Source: a virus
Virus record (IMG/VR): IMGVR_UViG_3300045999_010887
Coordinates: 16,655-80,654 of that record
Length of the DNA stretch: 64,000 nt
Reading direction: 5' to 3' (one strand)
In this document: piece after piece, positions 1 to 9,974 of the stretch
Numbering within the stretch: position 1 is the stretch's first letter
How the letters are laid out: each line of letters starts with the position of its first letter
Program-made: the position numbers and the translations under genes
Notes under the pieces: model-generated
The model's input: only the letters and a program-made list of their open reading frames with translations
What the model was told of the DNA's origin: nothing
Databases searched by the model: none

Positions 1-1596
1 CAATTCACTCAACTCAATGCAGTTACCGGTCAATTCACTGTTGCATCGGGTGCCACTGTCACTGGAACAACTGGTGCATTTACGACGATTACAGGTCAAA
101 ACATTTATGCAGGCATTGCCGTTTCCGGAGAAACAATCAACGGAACCACAGGCGTTTTTGTAGATCTTGTTGCTAATAGTGGTACTTTTTCCGGCCGCGT
201 TTCTGGCGCAGTCATCACTGGTGTAACCGGTTTATTTACCGTTGTCAATGCCGGTGGTATTACTTCGACTGGCACTATTAGTGGGGCTACGGTAACAGGT
301 GCAAGCGGTCGATTCATCACACTGACTGCACAGACAGGTGTCTTTACTGATACCATCTCCATTCCTTCAATTACAACAACGGGCAATCTGTCTGCCAGTG
401 GTGATTTAATTGTTAATGGAAGTGGTTACATCAGTTCTGGCCTGGTCGTTTCCGGAACAATTTCAGGTAACACGGTTACAGGTCAAACGTTTATTTTTAA
501 CACCGCAACCGGATCTTCATTAAACGCTACCGGTCTAATCTCGGGTGTTTTAATTACAGGCAATACGATCCAGGTAACGTCACTAACTGGTGTTACCGGT
601 GTATTTAATACAGTCAGTAGCGCTGTCATTACTGGGGGTACAGTCTCCGCCGTAACTGGTTCCTTTACGACTGGTTTATTTTCGTTTGTTTCAGGTAACA
701 CAATTACAGGCGCAACAGGCACATTTGTAGCAGTTACAGCAGTCTCTGGCACCTTCACCAGTCGAGTTTCTGGTGCAACTGTTACAGGCAACACCGGTTT
801 ATTTGGAAACCTAAGTGGTGTTTCTGGTGTTTTTAACGTGCTGTCCGGTAGCTCAATTACCGGCAACACAATCAGTGGCACTATCGGAACTTTTAATACA
901 ATCAATGCAACTACAGTTAACTACACTTCAACGGCAACTGGCAACATCGTTGCAAGTGGCAGCGGTATCTTTAACTCGGGTCTTTTAACCAGCGGTAATC
1001 TTTTTGTTTCCGGAAGCGGAATCTTTGGCTCTGGTGTTCTTACGTCAGGTGCATTATCAACTAAGAGTGGTGTACGTTGGCTTGATGCAGATGAAAGTAA
1101 TTGGGTTGCCTTCCAGGCCCCTGGAGTAGTCCCAACCAACGTTACGTGGGTTCTTCCTTCGGGAGATGCTACAACTTCTGGCTATGCCTTGATCAGTGAT
1201 GCGTCAGGTAATTTGACGTGGGGGAACGTTTTATTAATTTCAGGAACAACTGTTACCGGTCAAATAACCTTTGCAAGCGGTTTTGTTTCTAGTGGACAGG
1301 CAACATTTGTTAGCGGATTTGTTTCGTCTGGTACGGTCATTTTTGCAAGCGGTTTTAGTTCTAATTTGCATGCCACTTTTGGCATGCAATCAGCTTTGCG
1401 TTTTGCAGATGCTGATTCTAGTAATTGGGTTGCATTCCAAGCTCCTGCTACAATAGGAAGTAATGTTACATGGACGTTACCTTCTGGTGATGGCACTGCT
1501 AATCAGAACTTGAAAACTGATGGGTCTGGCAACCTAAGCTGGGCAACAAATTCATCTATTACAAAAGGAATGTCTTATTTTTACGCAGGTTTTTAA
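1..1596 (+). CDS. Tail fibre-like structural protein, 5'-truncated
   Basis: Frame is open from base 1 to TAA at 1596 (track ORF 838-1596 is its end). G/T/S-rich VSGATVTG-type repeats and a duplicated DADxSNWVAFQAPxxxxxNVTWxLPSGD module. Confidence 0.75.
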   Translation, partial: QFTQLNAVTGQFTVASGATVTGTTGAFTTITGQNIYAGIAVSGETINGTTGVFVDLVANSGTFSGRVSGAVITGVTGLFTVVNAGGITSTGTISGATVTGASGRFITLTAQTGVFTDTISIPSITTTGNLSASGDLIVNGSGYISSGLVVSGTISGNTVTGQTFIFNTATGSSLNATGLISGVLITGNTIQVTSLTGVTGVFNTVSSAVITGGTVSAVTGSFTTGLFSFVSGNTITGATGTFVAVTAVSGTFTSRVSGATVTGNTGLFGNLSGVSGVFNVLSGSSITGNTISGTIGTFNTINATTVNYTSTATGNIVASGSGIFNSGLLTSGNLFVSGSGIFGSGVLTSGALSTKSGVRWLDADESNWVAFQAPGVVPTNVTWVLPSGDATTSGYALISDASGNLTWGNVLLISGTTVTGQITFASGFVSSGQATFVSGFVSSGTVIFASGFSSNLHATFGMQSALRFADADSSNWVAFQAPATIGSNVTWTLPSGDGTANQNLKTDGSGNLSWATNSSITKGMSYFYAGF

Positions 1597-1609
1597 TTGG
1601 GAGGTATAA

Positions 1610-1921
1610 ATGGCATCCGGAACATTAGGTCAAGCAGCACCAGCTGCTTTTACAAATACAACGGTTTATACTGTTCCTAGTGGTAAAACTGCTACGGTAA
1701 ACATTAATGTTGTGAACCGTGGCACGGATGCCGCACTTGTTCGAGTAGCTGTTGCAGCCTCTGCCACTCCCACGAACAGTGAATACCTTGAATACGATGC
1801 AGCTATACTACCAAATGACGTTTTAGAGCGTACGGCAATTGTGATTAGTGCGCAAAAAAATTTGGTGGTATATGTAGATACCGCCGATACAAGTGTAAAT
1901 GTTTACGGGTTTGAGGAGTAA
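1610..1921 (+). CDS. Small tail-associated structural protein
   Basis: GGAGG RBS; beta-rich TTVYTVP protein between tail genes. Confidence 0.6.
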   Translation: MASGTLGQAAPAAFTNTTVYTVPSGKTATVNINVVNRGTDAALVRVAVAASATPTNSEYLEYDAAILPNDVLERTAIVISAQKNLVVYVDTADTSVNVYGFEE

Positions 1922-1923
1922 AA

Positions 1924-4338
1924 ATGGGACGCTACGCTACTAGATTTCAGGCAGGCGGTTCAAATACTGTTGGTGCTACGTATACCGCAGCAGCGGGTGG
2001 TAGCAACTCTAAGCTTTTTGTTGCTGCAAACGGACAAACGTTATCACGTGCTCAATATCCTGCATTAGCTGCTTATTACAGCGGACAAACTCAATTCGAT
2101 TCTTTAACTATCAATGGAACAGTTACCGGTGATAGCGCCGGTGATTTTATTGCAGGCGTAAGAAGCAGTAGCCCACGTTCTAATTTATTTGGAGGAGGAG
2201 AACAGGCTGCTACTTTTAGTGGTTTTACTCTTTACCTACAGAATACACGCACGTATTCAGATACGAGCTCCTCCGGTAACGTAGATACTTATAGAATTTG
2301 GTATACGCAAAACGGAATTGATTGGAAATTAATTGAGCCCTTCTTAACTCCTTTTACAGACGCATCATTTATTACAACTTCAAGCGCTGTTTACATTTGT
2401 CATTCGTCAGGTCTTTACAAAACAACTGACGGTTTAAATTACACGAGCGTGTATTCAGCGGCGGCCGGCGTTCGTGGTTTAGCAGAGTTAAATGGTGTAG
2501 TTATTTTCTGCACTGGTGGAACAGGCGTTTTAACAACGACCGATTTTAGCTCCATTACCGGGTACGATATCACTGGTTTTACGCCACAAAGCATTGTTAA
2601 TTACAGTGGCGTTTTATATGCTTTTCAGTCCAGCGTAACTGGAGTACAGTTCTCAACAAACACTGGACAAACATGGAGCGCAGCTACCAGTGGTTTGGCA
2701 GTTGCAGCGGGCGCAGGAAACTGGGCTCGAGTTATTAACAATATTGTACTTGTCTCAACTCCTGGAACAGGAGCACTGTATCAATACTCGACAAATCCAA
2801 CAGGTACAACCAATACATGGACGGCGCTCTCTACTAATAAACCAACGCAAGCATTATACGGAACGCACTTTGTTTATGACAGTACGGCTAATGTATTAAT
2901 GTGCGCTTGGCAGCATTTAATTGGTGCCAATACAACATCAGGTGCTATTTTTGGTTACCGCGTTACAGGGGTTACAGGTTCTTCAGTTGCGTATACTGGC
3001 CTTGTTTTTAACGTAGGTTATCAAAACAGCACGTTTAGCGGGCAAAGGGCATACCCATTTATTGTTAACACAGGAAATATTAAAGCTTTCTACAACGATA
3101 ATATTTTTGCTTATCAACCTACGGGTGCGGATTGGCAAGGTGAATACAACGTTAATTTGTCAGGCGCTGTAAATTTAAGCGGTTTGCTTTCTACTCCATT
3201 TTTTCCTTTTGGAGATAGTTATGCAAATGGCTGGGGAAGAGTAGGGACAACAAATTCAGGCCGACGTTATATTATTAAAGGAACCAATGCAAATGTAAAC
3301 AATAATCATGGTTATATTTCTTATCTCTCAGTACATGTAGAAGAAAGTGGATTCTTTAAACCACTTTATGGTGTATCTGGGACGGTAACTGGTGCCACGG
3401 CGAATATTAATCGCACCACTGGAATTTACTCTTCAAGTAATAATACTTGGAATCAAAGCATGACTGTAGCGGAGGCATCCGGGCAATATATTGTTGCCTG
3501 GCAATCTGCTGAAAGATCAGGTATTTATTACAACAGGTATAACCAATCAACAAGAACTTCAAGCGGCGATTTCTTGTTTGCCTCTGGTCTGGGAACAACT
3601 TCCACGGTTGTGACTGCTGGAGCAACAAAAAATGATGGGATTTATATTATTCCTACCGGACTTAATACAACGCAAACGGGCGCTTTGATCCAAGCAAGTG
3701 GCGCGCCTCTCACTTTTACTTACAATGTAACAGGAATTGTATCAGGAGGTTTGTTCCCTGGGATTATTCAATTTTCAGACGTTACTAATGAAGTTATAAT
3801 CTCAACACATACAACAGGAAGCGTAACCGGTGTATCTCTTATTATTTCCGGGGGGAAAGTAGTTTCTCGGAGTACCTATACACTTTATAATTCCACTGGT
3901 GGTGTTGTCAGCACATTAAGCGGCACTTATGTTCTTAAATCTCAAAATGCTTACTATGCCATTGACGTTAGTGGGAACATATACAAAGGAAGCAATCCAA
4001 GTGCGTTGACTTTTTATAGCAGAAGTGGACCATATCCAACTGGTTTGACAGGCACTTTCCAGCGTTTCCGCGAATTTGGGGAAACAAAAATTGTAGGACC
4101 TTTATTCTTTGATAATGAATATGGAATGATAATTACACAGCCGTTGCGTAATACATTACATGTCGGCGGAATAGCAGTTTTTCCAGAAATTTTCTCTCAA
4201 ACACCTACTGACTATTTATTAGCAGTTAATGGCACTACTAATTCTTTAAGATTTGCAGGTGCCGGAACCGGTTCATTTATTGTCCCCAACATTCCAGTTT
4301 CTTCTACTGGAGAAGCTAAATACATTATTGCAAGGTAA
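1924..4338 (+). CDS. Tail fibre/receptor-binding protein with split tail-collar motif and beta-rich insert
   Basis: N-terminal ANGQTLSRAQYPAL and C-terminal GTGSFIVPNIP...YIIA collar-like halves; BNR-like repeats (YTQNGIDW, FSTNTGQTW). Confidence 0.65.
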   Translation: MGRYATRFQAGGSNTVGATYTAAAGGSNSKLFVAANGQTLSRAQYPALAAYYSGQTQFDSLTINGTVTGDSAGDFIAGVRSSSPRSNLFGGGEQAATFSGFTLYLQNTRTYSDTSSSGNVDTYRIWYTQNGIDWKLIEPFLTPFTDASFITTSSAVYICHSSGLYKTTDGLNYTSVYSAAAGVRGLAELNGVVIFCTGGTGVLTTTDFSSITGYDITGFTPQSIVNYSGVLYAFQSSVTGVQFSTNTGQTWSAATSGLAVAAGAGNWARVINNIVLVSTPGTGALYQYSTNPTGTTNTWTALSTNKPTQALYGTHFVYDSTANVLMCAWQHLIGANTTSGAIFGYRVTGVTGSSVAYTGLVFNVGYQNSTFSGQRAYPFIVNTGNIKAFYNDNIFAYQPTGADWQGEYNVNLSGAVNLSGLLSTPFFPFGDSYANGWGRVGTTNSGRRYIIKGTNANVNNNHGYISYLSVHVEESGFFKPLYGVSGTVTGATANINRTTGIYSSSNNTWNQSMTVAEASGQYIVAWQSAERSGIYYNRYNQSTRTSSGDFLFASGLGTTSTVVTAGATKNDGIYIIPTGLNTTQTGALIQASGAPLTFTYNVTGIVSGGLFPGIIQFSDVTNEVIISTHTTGSVTGVSLIISGGKVVSRSTYTLYNSTGGVVSTLSGTYVLKSQNAYYAIDVSGNIYKGSNPSALTFYSRSGPYPTGLTGTFQRFREFGETKIVGPLFFDNEYGMIITQPLRNTLHVGGIAVFPEIFSQTPTDYLLAVNGTTNSLRFAGAGTGSFIVPNIPVSSTGEAKYIIAR

Positions 4339-4343
4339 TTGAA

Positions 4344-4649
4344 ATGCGTATTCAGACAGTTAATGACAGCGTCACGGCAATTGATTTTAAATTGCTTTTT
4401 ACTTCAACGGAACGTGTGCAAGCTAGAGAATTAGCTAAAACGGATTCCATTGTTGCAGACATGTTTGGATTACTTGACGACCCACGGACGCAATCAGTCA
4501 GTTTAGTCATGCCACAAATTATTTCAATGTTAGATTATTTAGTGGCGCAAGGAATTTTAACCGCAGAACGTAAGCAACAAATTTTATTAGCTGACGCTCC
4601 GGACAGTGAGACTTCTTTTATTCCACCCCCTAACACACCTCCAGCATAA
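4344..4649 (+). CDS. Hypothetical tail-fibre-associated protein
   Basis: 101-aa ORF directly after the fibre gene. Confidence 0.5.
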   Translation: MRIQTVNDSVTAIDFKLLFTSTERVQARELAKTDSIVADMFGLLDDPRTQSVSLVMPQIISMLDYLVAQGILTAERKQQILLADAPDSETSFIPPPNTPPA

Positions 4650-4661
4650 AGGAGAAAAGAG

Positions 4662-5690
4662 ATGGCAATTAAATTAACTGATGTTGCCATTCACTTCAAA
4701 AACTTAGACCATCAAGTTGAAGCGTTAAATTATTTACAAGCAAACGTTCCAGCGGATGTGTTAAGCGCTTTTGAGGAGAAGTGGCGCACACCTACTGCGC
4801 CAACCTCACCGCCCGTCAACAAACAGGACAACACCTGGGACGGTGTATACCAGATGGCCCAAAAAGCTGGCGCCAAATTCCCAGAGGTTGTATGTGCTCA
4901 ATGGGCTCTTGAATCTGGTTGGGGCAAACACGTCTCAGGTAAAAATAATTACTTTGGCTTGAAGGGGTCAGGCTCGAGTGTTAATACACAAGAGTTTATT
5001 AACGGACAATGGATAGATATCAAAGCAGGTTTTATTGATTTCCCCGATATTGCAACGTGCATTGCATATCTTGTTGATCGTTGGTACAAAGATTTTGGCC
5101 GGTTTAAAGGTGTTAACCGTGCCAAGACACGTAATGAATGTGCTCAACTTTTGGTTGTTGAACAATACGCTACTGATCCTGATTACAGTACAAAATTAAT
5201 TCAAATTATGGACCGGGAGATTGGTACTCCTGGTAACGTTGAAAAGAAGCCAGAAACAACAAAAGAAGAACGTTTTAATCCCTGGAGCCCATTCACCTAT
5301 AAAGTTACACCTAATATTACGTACGGAGAACTCACTCTTAACCAAGAAGTACGTCGTTTTACTAAGCAATATCAATGTGATACAGCTTTAGAACTGTGTA
5401 AATTTCTTGAAAAAGTTAGAGCGGCTTTTGGAAATAAACCGTTAATTATTACAAGTGCTTCTCGCCCTGAACCCATTAATACTCAAGTTGGTGGTGCCAA
5501 AAACAGTGAACACACTTACGATGCTCCTTCAAAAGGAGCTATTGACTTTTATATAGAAGGTGCCAATATTTATGTTGTACAAGATTGGTGTAACAAAAAT
5601 TGGCCGTACTCCTTGGGTTATGGTGCGTTAAAAGGTTTTGTGCACCTTGGCATCAGAGAAAGCAAGCAGCGTATTCGCTGGGATTACTGA
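4662..5690 (+). CDS. Endolysin: GH73 glucosaminidase plus peptidase M15
   Basis: AQWALESGWG, NNYFGLKG, YATDPDY (GH73); ITSASR..N..VGGAKNSEH..AIDF..FVHLG (M15). Confidence 0.9.
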   Translation: MAIKLTDVAIHFKNLDHQVEALNYLQANVPADVLSAFEEKWRTPTAPTSPPVNKQDNTWDGVYQMAQKAGAKFPEVVCAQWALESGWGKHVSGKNNYFGLKGSGSSVNTQEFINGQWIDIKAGFIDFPDIATCIAYLVDRWYKDFGRFKGVNRAKTRNECAQLLVVEQYATDPDYSTKLIQIMDREIGTPGNVEKKPETTKEERFNPWSPFTYKVTPNITYGELTLNQEVRRFTKQYQCDTALELCKFLEKVRAAFGNKPLIITSASRPEPINTQVGGAKNSEHTYDAPSKGAIDFYIEGANIYVVQDWCNKNWPYSLGYGALKGFVHLGIRESKQRIRWDY

Positions 5691-5691
5691 G

Positions 5692-5853
5692 ATGAAAAAA
5701 TATAAAGAGCCTTACATTAGGGTTAATATCTGCTGGGAAATTGGAAAAGAAAAAAAGTGCGCAACCCTGTCAAAAGAACAGGCTTACGCAACAAGAGATT
5801 GGGTAGAAAAAGAAGGCGGAGTTTGTTTTTGGTTTCAAGCCCTGCCAAATTAA
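5692..5853 (+). CDS. Hypothetical protein
   Basis: MKKYKEPYIRVN... starts just after the endolysin stop. Confidence 0.5.
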   Translation: MKKYKEPYIRVNICWEIGKEKKCATLSKEQAYATRDWVEKEGGVCFWFQALPN

Positions 5854-6014
5854 CGCTGCTTGGCGCGACCAACCACTAAACCACAGATTTCAATCAAACG
5901 ATACAATTTCCGAACTGCAAGATCATCTTTGGGTGTTGGGGTGAGTGCGCAGATGGCAGAACATGCTGCATGGATGGCCAGTGCAACTTCTAAATAACGG
6001 TTAAAATCATGCAT
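5850..6014 (-). CDS. Small holin-like membrane protein (not in ORF track)
   Basis: MHDFNRYLEVALAIHAACSAICALTPTPKDDLAVRKLYRLIEICGLVVGRAKQR; hydrophobic helix plus TPTPKDD; GGAG RBS; next to the endolysin. Confidence 0.55.
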   Translation of the reverse strand: MHDFNRYLEVALAIHAACSAICALTPTPKDDLAVRKLYRLIEICGLVVGRAKQR

Positions 6015-6065
6015 GATCATCTCCAGATCTTTTTACATTCTAATTGTTGATCCAAAGTATTTTAT

Positions 6066-6206
6066 TTAATCTTCATAAACACGGCAGCTGCGCTCCCAGG
6101 GATTTTGTTCACAGTAGTTTTTGAAGCGTTGCGCTGTTGGTAGCGGCTTACCCAGATGAAAACGCCTTGATAACTTACAGATAAACCAGTTGTAAAACTT
6201 AATCAC
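6066..6206 (-). CDS. cp12: CP12-like protein, C-terminal Cys-pair region only (not in ORF track)
   Basis: 46 aa ending YCEQNPWERSCRVYED, matching the CP12 terminus YCxxNPxxxECRVYED; GTG start overlaps the upstream TGA. Confidence 0.65.
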   Translation of the reverse strand: MIKFYNWFICKLSRRFHLGKPLPTAQRFKNYCEQNPWERSCRVYED

Positions 6207-6943
6207 GGCACTGTAGTCAAGGGAACAAGAAAAGAAGGAAAACGGTCATCCGCCTGGTGCTCACGATCCCATGCTGTTTGCCATTCACTTAAAGAATGAT
6301 CGTGAGAATCTTGTCCTTCATAGAATTCGGAATGATCATTAAGAATTGAGTCACCGTTCTCTAATAAGATTAATCCATAATCTTCAAGAAGCAAATCAAA
6401 GTCAGCACTTGGAAACTCAATAACAACGCCAACTTCATAATCAATAGGTTCATTGCGTGTAGCAGATACACATAAGAGATAAGTTCCAACGGATAGAGGA
6501 TAGTAGCGTTCATCCCCTTTATCCAATCGATTGGGATCAAAGGTGTTGTATAGGTCAGATTGAGCATTCATCGTATGCCCAACATAAGGGTTATAAACTT
6601 TGTTATCAATTGTTATTGTGATGCTGTCATCTTGAAAGATACCTCGTCCTTCAATGGGATTTAGGTTGAGGTCATACATTGAGACGTTGATATATTTTGG
6701 ACGTGGCCCACCTTTTGCAACAATGATCCAAGCTTTTTGTGTAATCGTAAAACTAAACCAATGATTATATGCGCCACCGCCATAACCACCATTGGAGAGT
6801 TGATTTGTATCACGACGGCCAACGACTTGATTTTTAGGGCCAAGACTTCCTTTTAAATTACGCAAAGAAAGCTGGCTAAATTGACCCATATTCAATGGGT
6901 TATCTTGCGTGCGTTGCCTTTGAATATCTTGATTACGAGCCAT
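6203..6943 (-). CDS. Hypothetical protein
   Basis: 246-aa ORF with a TAGAAT -10-like box upstream. Confidence 0.6.
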   Translation of the reverse strand: MARNQDIQRQRTQDNPLNMGQFSQLSLRNLKGSLGPKNQVVGRRDTNQLSNGGYGGGAYNHWFSFTITQKAWIIVAKGGPRPKYINVSMYDLNLNPIEGRGIFQDDSITITIDNKVYNPYVGHTMNAQSDLYNTFDPNRLDKGDERYYPLSVGTYLLCVSATRNEPIDYEVGVVIEFPSADFDLLLEDYGLILLENGDSILNDHSEFYEGQDSHDHSLSEWQTAWDREHQADDRFPSFLVPLTTVP

Positions 6944-6971
6944 TTATTATATTTGGACCAATCAATCTATT

Positions 6972-7634
6972 CTACTGGTCTGGTATTTCTGGATTTTCTG
7001 GAAATGTAATTGTATTAAGGAAGGAACGATTAAAAGTTAAGGGTTGTTCTTTATGTTTTCCATAGACCATGAGCTTCTCGGCTTGGAATTCAAGTTCAAA
7101 TGGATGAATTGTTTCAGGTGCAAACAATTTATTCCAACTTGAAACCATGTGCAAAGGATTGCCACAGCGAGGGTTTCCGCATAGACGTGTTGTTACCATT
7201 CCCCCCACGTCCCCCCAGGCACAGTTGTATATTGCTTTATGAAAGCTTAAGTTTTCAGACTTCTGGTGACTGTAAGCAGAGCGATAAGAAGGCATGCAAA
7301 CACGCTTGGGGCTGTAAGCGCCAGGAGAATCGATGGGCCAGCACTCCTCCATGGGACCTATGGTTATTTTTTTCCAGAGTTTTTCATACTTAGCTTTGTA
7401 TTCAACATGAAGATAATTGATATCAAATCCACAGATATTAGATTGGATTTTGTGAACGCAGTGATAACACCAGTTATCTGTTTGATCCCTGATTACATGA
7501 CCATGAGGGCAAACAAAACCTCTGTAATAACCAGCGGTGTTTAATTGATCATCATCAAGATTATCAATAGAAGGAATGAAGCGAAATTTAACAGCTTCAA
7601 TTAACTTTTTCTCTGATCTATGAAGGTTAGCCAT
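6972..7634 (-). CDS. His-Me finger/HNH-like protein
   Basis: ECWP...FHKAIY...RLCGNPRCGNPLHM plus N-terminal CPHGH/CYHC. Confidence 0.65.
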   Translation of the reverse strand: MANLHRSEKKLIEAVKFRFIPSIDNLDDDQLNTAGYYRGFVCPHGHVIRDQTDNWCYHCVHKIQSNICGFDINYLHVEYKAKYEKLWKKITIGPMEECWPIDSPGAYSPKRVCMPSYRSAYSHQKSENLSFHKAIYNCAWGDVGGMVTTRLCGNPRCGNPLHMVSSWNKLFAPETIHPFELEFQAEKLMVYGKHKEQPLTFNRSFLNTITFPENPEIPDQ

Positions 7635-7999
7635 TAGGAAGCAAGGGAAGAATAAGATTCAGACTCCGCTTGAGCGGATAATTTTTTGAAGTATTTTTTG
7701 CTAGCAATCAGCTTTTTGCGATTATCTTTATCTTTATTTAAGGTTTCGTGAAGGATATCGGTTTTTACCGGATCAACACCAGTACGTAAGTAGTACACGA
7801 CTCGGTGAGCGAGGTAGACCACGTTGTCGATACAGACCATGTAGTAACCAGTGGTCTTGTTAAGGCGTCCCGCCTGGCTTCCAGCAGGGTTACAGGCCTT
7901 TTTTACGCGCCACTCGAGCCCACTGGGGTACTGGTCGGACAACAGGAGCAGCTCTTCCACCCTCCAGAGGGGCGGCATTTCCTTGTGGTTGTGGGACAT
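7634..7999 (-). CDS. HNH-endonuclease-like protein, possibly degenerate
   Basis: AGSQAG..GYYMV..YLAHRVVYYLRTG..ILH..KDNR. Confidence 0.6.
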   Translation of the reverse strand: MSHNHKEMPPLWRVEELLLLSDQYPSGLEWRVKKACNPAGSQAGRLNKTTGYYMVCIDNVVYLAHRVVYYLRTGVDPVKTDILHETLNKDKDNRKKLIASKKYFKKLSAQAESESYSSLAS

Positions 8000-8022
8000 C
8001 GGACCCTCTGGGACTGAAAAAC

Positions 8023-8051
8023 ATAGTAATAGGGGTCCCAGGGGACGTCAA
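8023..8051 (-). promoter_or_regulatory. Sigma70-type promoter TTGACG-N17-TACTAT inside an inverted repeat
   Basis: Read on the minus strand upstream of ORF 7634-7999. Confidence 0.6.
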
Positions 8052-8275
8052 GGGTGCGTAAAAAACTAAGAATAAGTCTTTTTATTCTTTATATCTAGTT
8101 AAATGACGCCGCTTGACCAAAGTGTACGTACTTTATTTCTCTTTGCTTTCTCAGCGAACTTTTCAACATTACACCCTTTATCCAAACTGTCATTTGCTCT
8201 AAGGGGGGATTAGGCGGGACCCTATTCTCTGTTCTTACGCACCGCAGTCAAGTCTTATGTTGAGACTGCGCACAC

Positions 8276-8305
8276 AAAAAAAGGGAGCTGCGTCCAACAG
8301 CTCCC
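8276..8305 (-). terminator. Intrinsic terminator
   Basis: GGGAGCTG-loop-CAGCTCCC followed by T7. Confidence 0.75.
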
Positions 8306-8337
8306 CACCAGGTCCATCTCCTTGGAGACTCTACGCC

Positions 8338-8679
8338 TTACTTGCGACCGTAGTCGTCACTAAGGCGGGTGATGTCCTCTTCGTACAGCTGGGAGCCCCT
8401 CTGGACCTCGATCAGAGTGAGTTCAGCGTCCCCAGCCTCGAGGCGATGGATCTGACCTTTGAGGATGTGAGCGTTAGTGCCGGGGGATGCGGGGAACGTT
8501 ACGTCCCCCACCGTGATGGTTCCAGTTCCGTTCACAACAACCCAGTGCTCTTCCCGATGCTCATGCTTTTGCAAGCTGAGTCTCGAATGAGGCTTAACTG
8601 AGATTATTTTGACCTTGTAATTGGGTCCCGCACAGATCGTTTCAAAGGAACCCCAAGGTCTTTCCTCCTTGTAGGTCAT
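8338..8679 (-). CDS. Mannose-6-phosphate isomerase type II cupin domain
   Basis: ERPWGSF, LSLQKHEHREEHWVVV, HRLE, IEVQRG..EEDITR..DDYGR. Confidence 0.9.
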   Translation of the reverse strand: MTYKEERPWGSFETICAGPNYKVKIISVKPHSRLSLQKHEHREEHWVVVNGTGTITVGDVTFPASPGTNAHILKGQIHRLEAGDAELTLIEVQRGSQLYEEDITRLSDDYGRK

Positions 8680-9941
8680 GCCAAAACCTCGGCCAGCTCC
8701 TTGTTCTCAGCCTTTTTTCCTTTCCGTTTACTGACTTTGATCTGCGGTTCTTTTTTCTTAGTCAGCACCTCCTGGAAGACATCATTAAAGTCTGCTGCAA
8801 CGGTGTCCCAGTCAAAGCAGGGATCAGTGACACGTTCGTAGCAGGCTTGGGCAACGGCATCCAGCTGCTCACGATCCTCATACAGTTCGGTCAAGATGTC
8901 AGCCAGGTGGTTGTCATCGGGACACGGCATGATGCGACCAAAGTTAGTGTCTACATCTGCGTGAAGGTTACGAATCAAACGGCCGTAACCGTCAAAAATT
9001 TCTTTACATGAGGTGTGATCGGGTACAACTTGAGCAACACGGCAGGCAGCGTGTTCAAAGTTGACCAGACCCCAACCTTCACCTTTGCAAGTATTTACAC
9101 CAACATCAGCACAGTTATAGATGATGTTCAAGAGTTCAACATCTACCGAAGGACCATGCGGTGTGGGTGCCGTCATGATGATGCGGTTATTTGGATCAAG
9201 TCCTTGGCGAAGCATCTCTCGATTAAAGAGAGGCATGATGTCCCAGCCCTGGTCCTTTTGCCCCATATGCAGGTATAGCTTGGCGTTTGGTTTGTCGACC
9301 GCAAACTTTGCAAACGCAGAAATCGTAATGTCAATTCGTTTTCGGAATTGATTTCTATTTCCGTTAAAAACAATGAAGTCGTCAGGATTCAGATTTAATT
9401 TTTTCCGGCACTCAACCTTATCCAATGGATAAAACTGACCAGAGGTTACACCATGGGGCACAACCCAGATTGGTTTTTCGACACCCGCAAGGACTGTTTC
9501 CTCTGCCCCGAATTTGGTATAACAAACTGCTGCGTCCCATTCATTCATGGTATCAGCTAAACAGCCATACCATCCATAGGAATCCATGGGGTAGTAACCA
9601 ACGAATTTAAACCCGAGCTGCTCGCGAAGATCACGGACTTGAGTCCATTGATTATTAATGATCCAGCAATCGTTAATTGTGAAGATAACGTCAGGTTGAA
9701 TTCGTTCAGTAATTTCACGAATACGCGCTTCCCCAAAGGGAGCGTTCTGATACATGTTGGAGGCTGGATAGAGGAAGTACTCCTTTTGAAGGGGGGTGTA
9801 ATCACCGTGCCAGTTGCAACCAAGCACATGGATTTCATATTTATGTTTAAGGCGACTCAGCACATTTTCGGTAACACGTGCAAAGCCCGTGGTAGCAACG
9901 ATGTCACCTACCCACAACAGCTTGGGTTTATTTTCAGTCAT
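8676..9941 (-). CDS. Glycosyltransferase, GT-B fold (family 4-like)
   Basis: TGFARV, NRNQFRKR, GEGWGLVNFEHAA (EX7E). Confidence 0.85.
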   Translation of the reverse strand: MTENKPKLLWVGDIVATTGFARVTENVLSRLKHKYEIHVLGCNWHGDYTPLQKEYFLYPASNMYQNAPFGEARIREITERIQPDVIFTINDCWIINNQWTQVRDLREQLGFKFVGYYPMDSYGWYGCLADTMNEWDAAVCYTKFGAEETVLAGVEKPIWVVPHGVTSGQFYPLDKVECRKKLNLNPDDFIVFNGNRNQFRKRIDITISAFAKFAVDKPNAKLYLHMGQKDQGWDIMPLFNREMLRQGLDPNNRIIMTAPTPHGPSVDVELLNIIYNCADVGVNTCKGEGWGLVNFEHAACRVAQVVPDHTSCKEIFDGYGRLIRNLHADVDTNFGRIMPCPDDNHLADILTELYEDREQLDAVAQACYERVTDPCFDWDTVAADFNDVFQEVLTKKKEPQIKVSKRKGKKAENKELAEVLA

Positions 9942-9974
9942 TTAATTGTTTATTGACTGAAAATAGTATACAAA

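Noticed and set aside
105-1496. Minus-strand ORFs over the tail fibre gene
   Set aside because: Antisense shadows of repetitive Thr/Gly/Val codons.
8055-8275. Replication origin in the 220-bp non-coding gap
   Set aside because: No iterons; only a short imperfect palindrome (AGTCTTATGTTGAGACT). Insufficient support.
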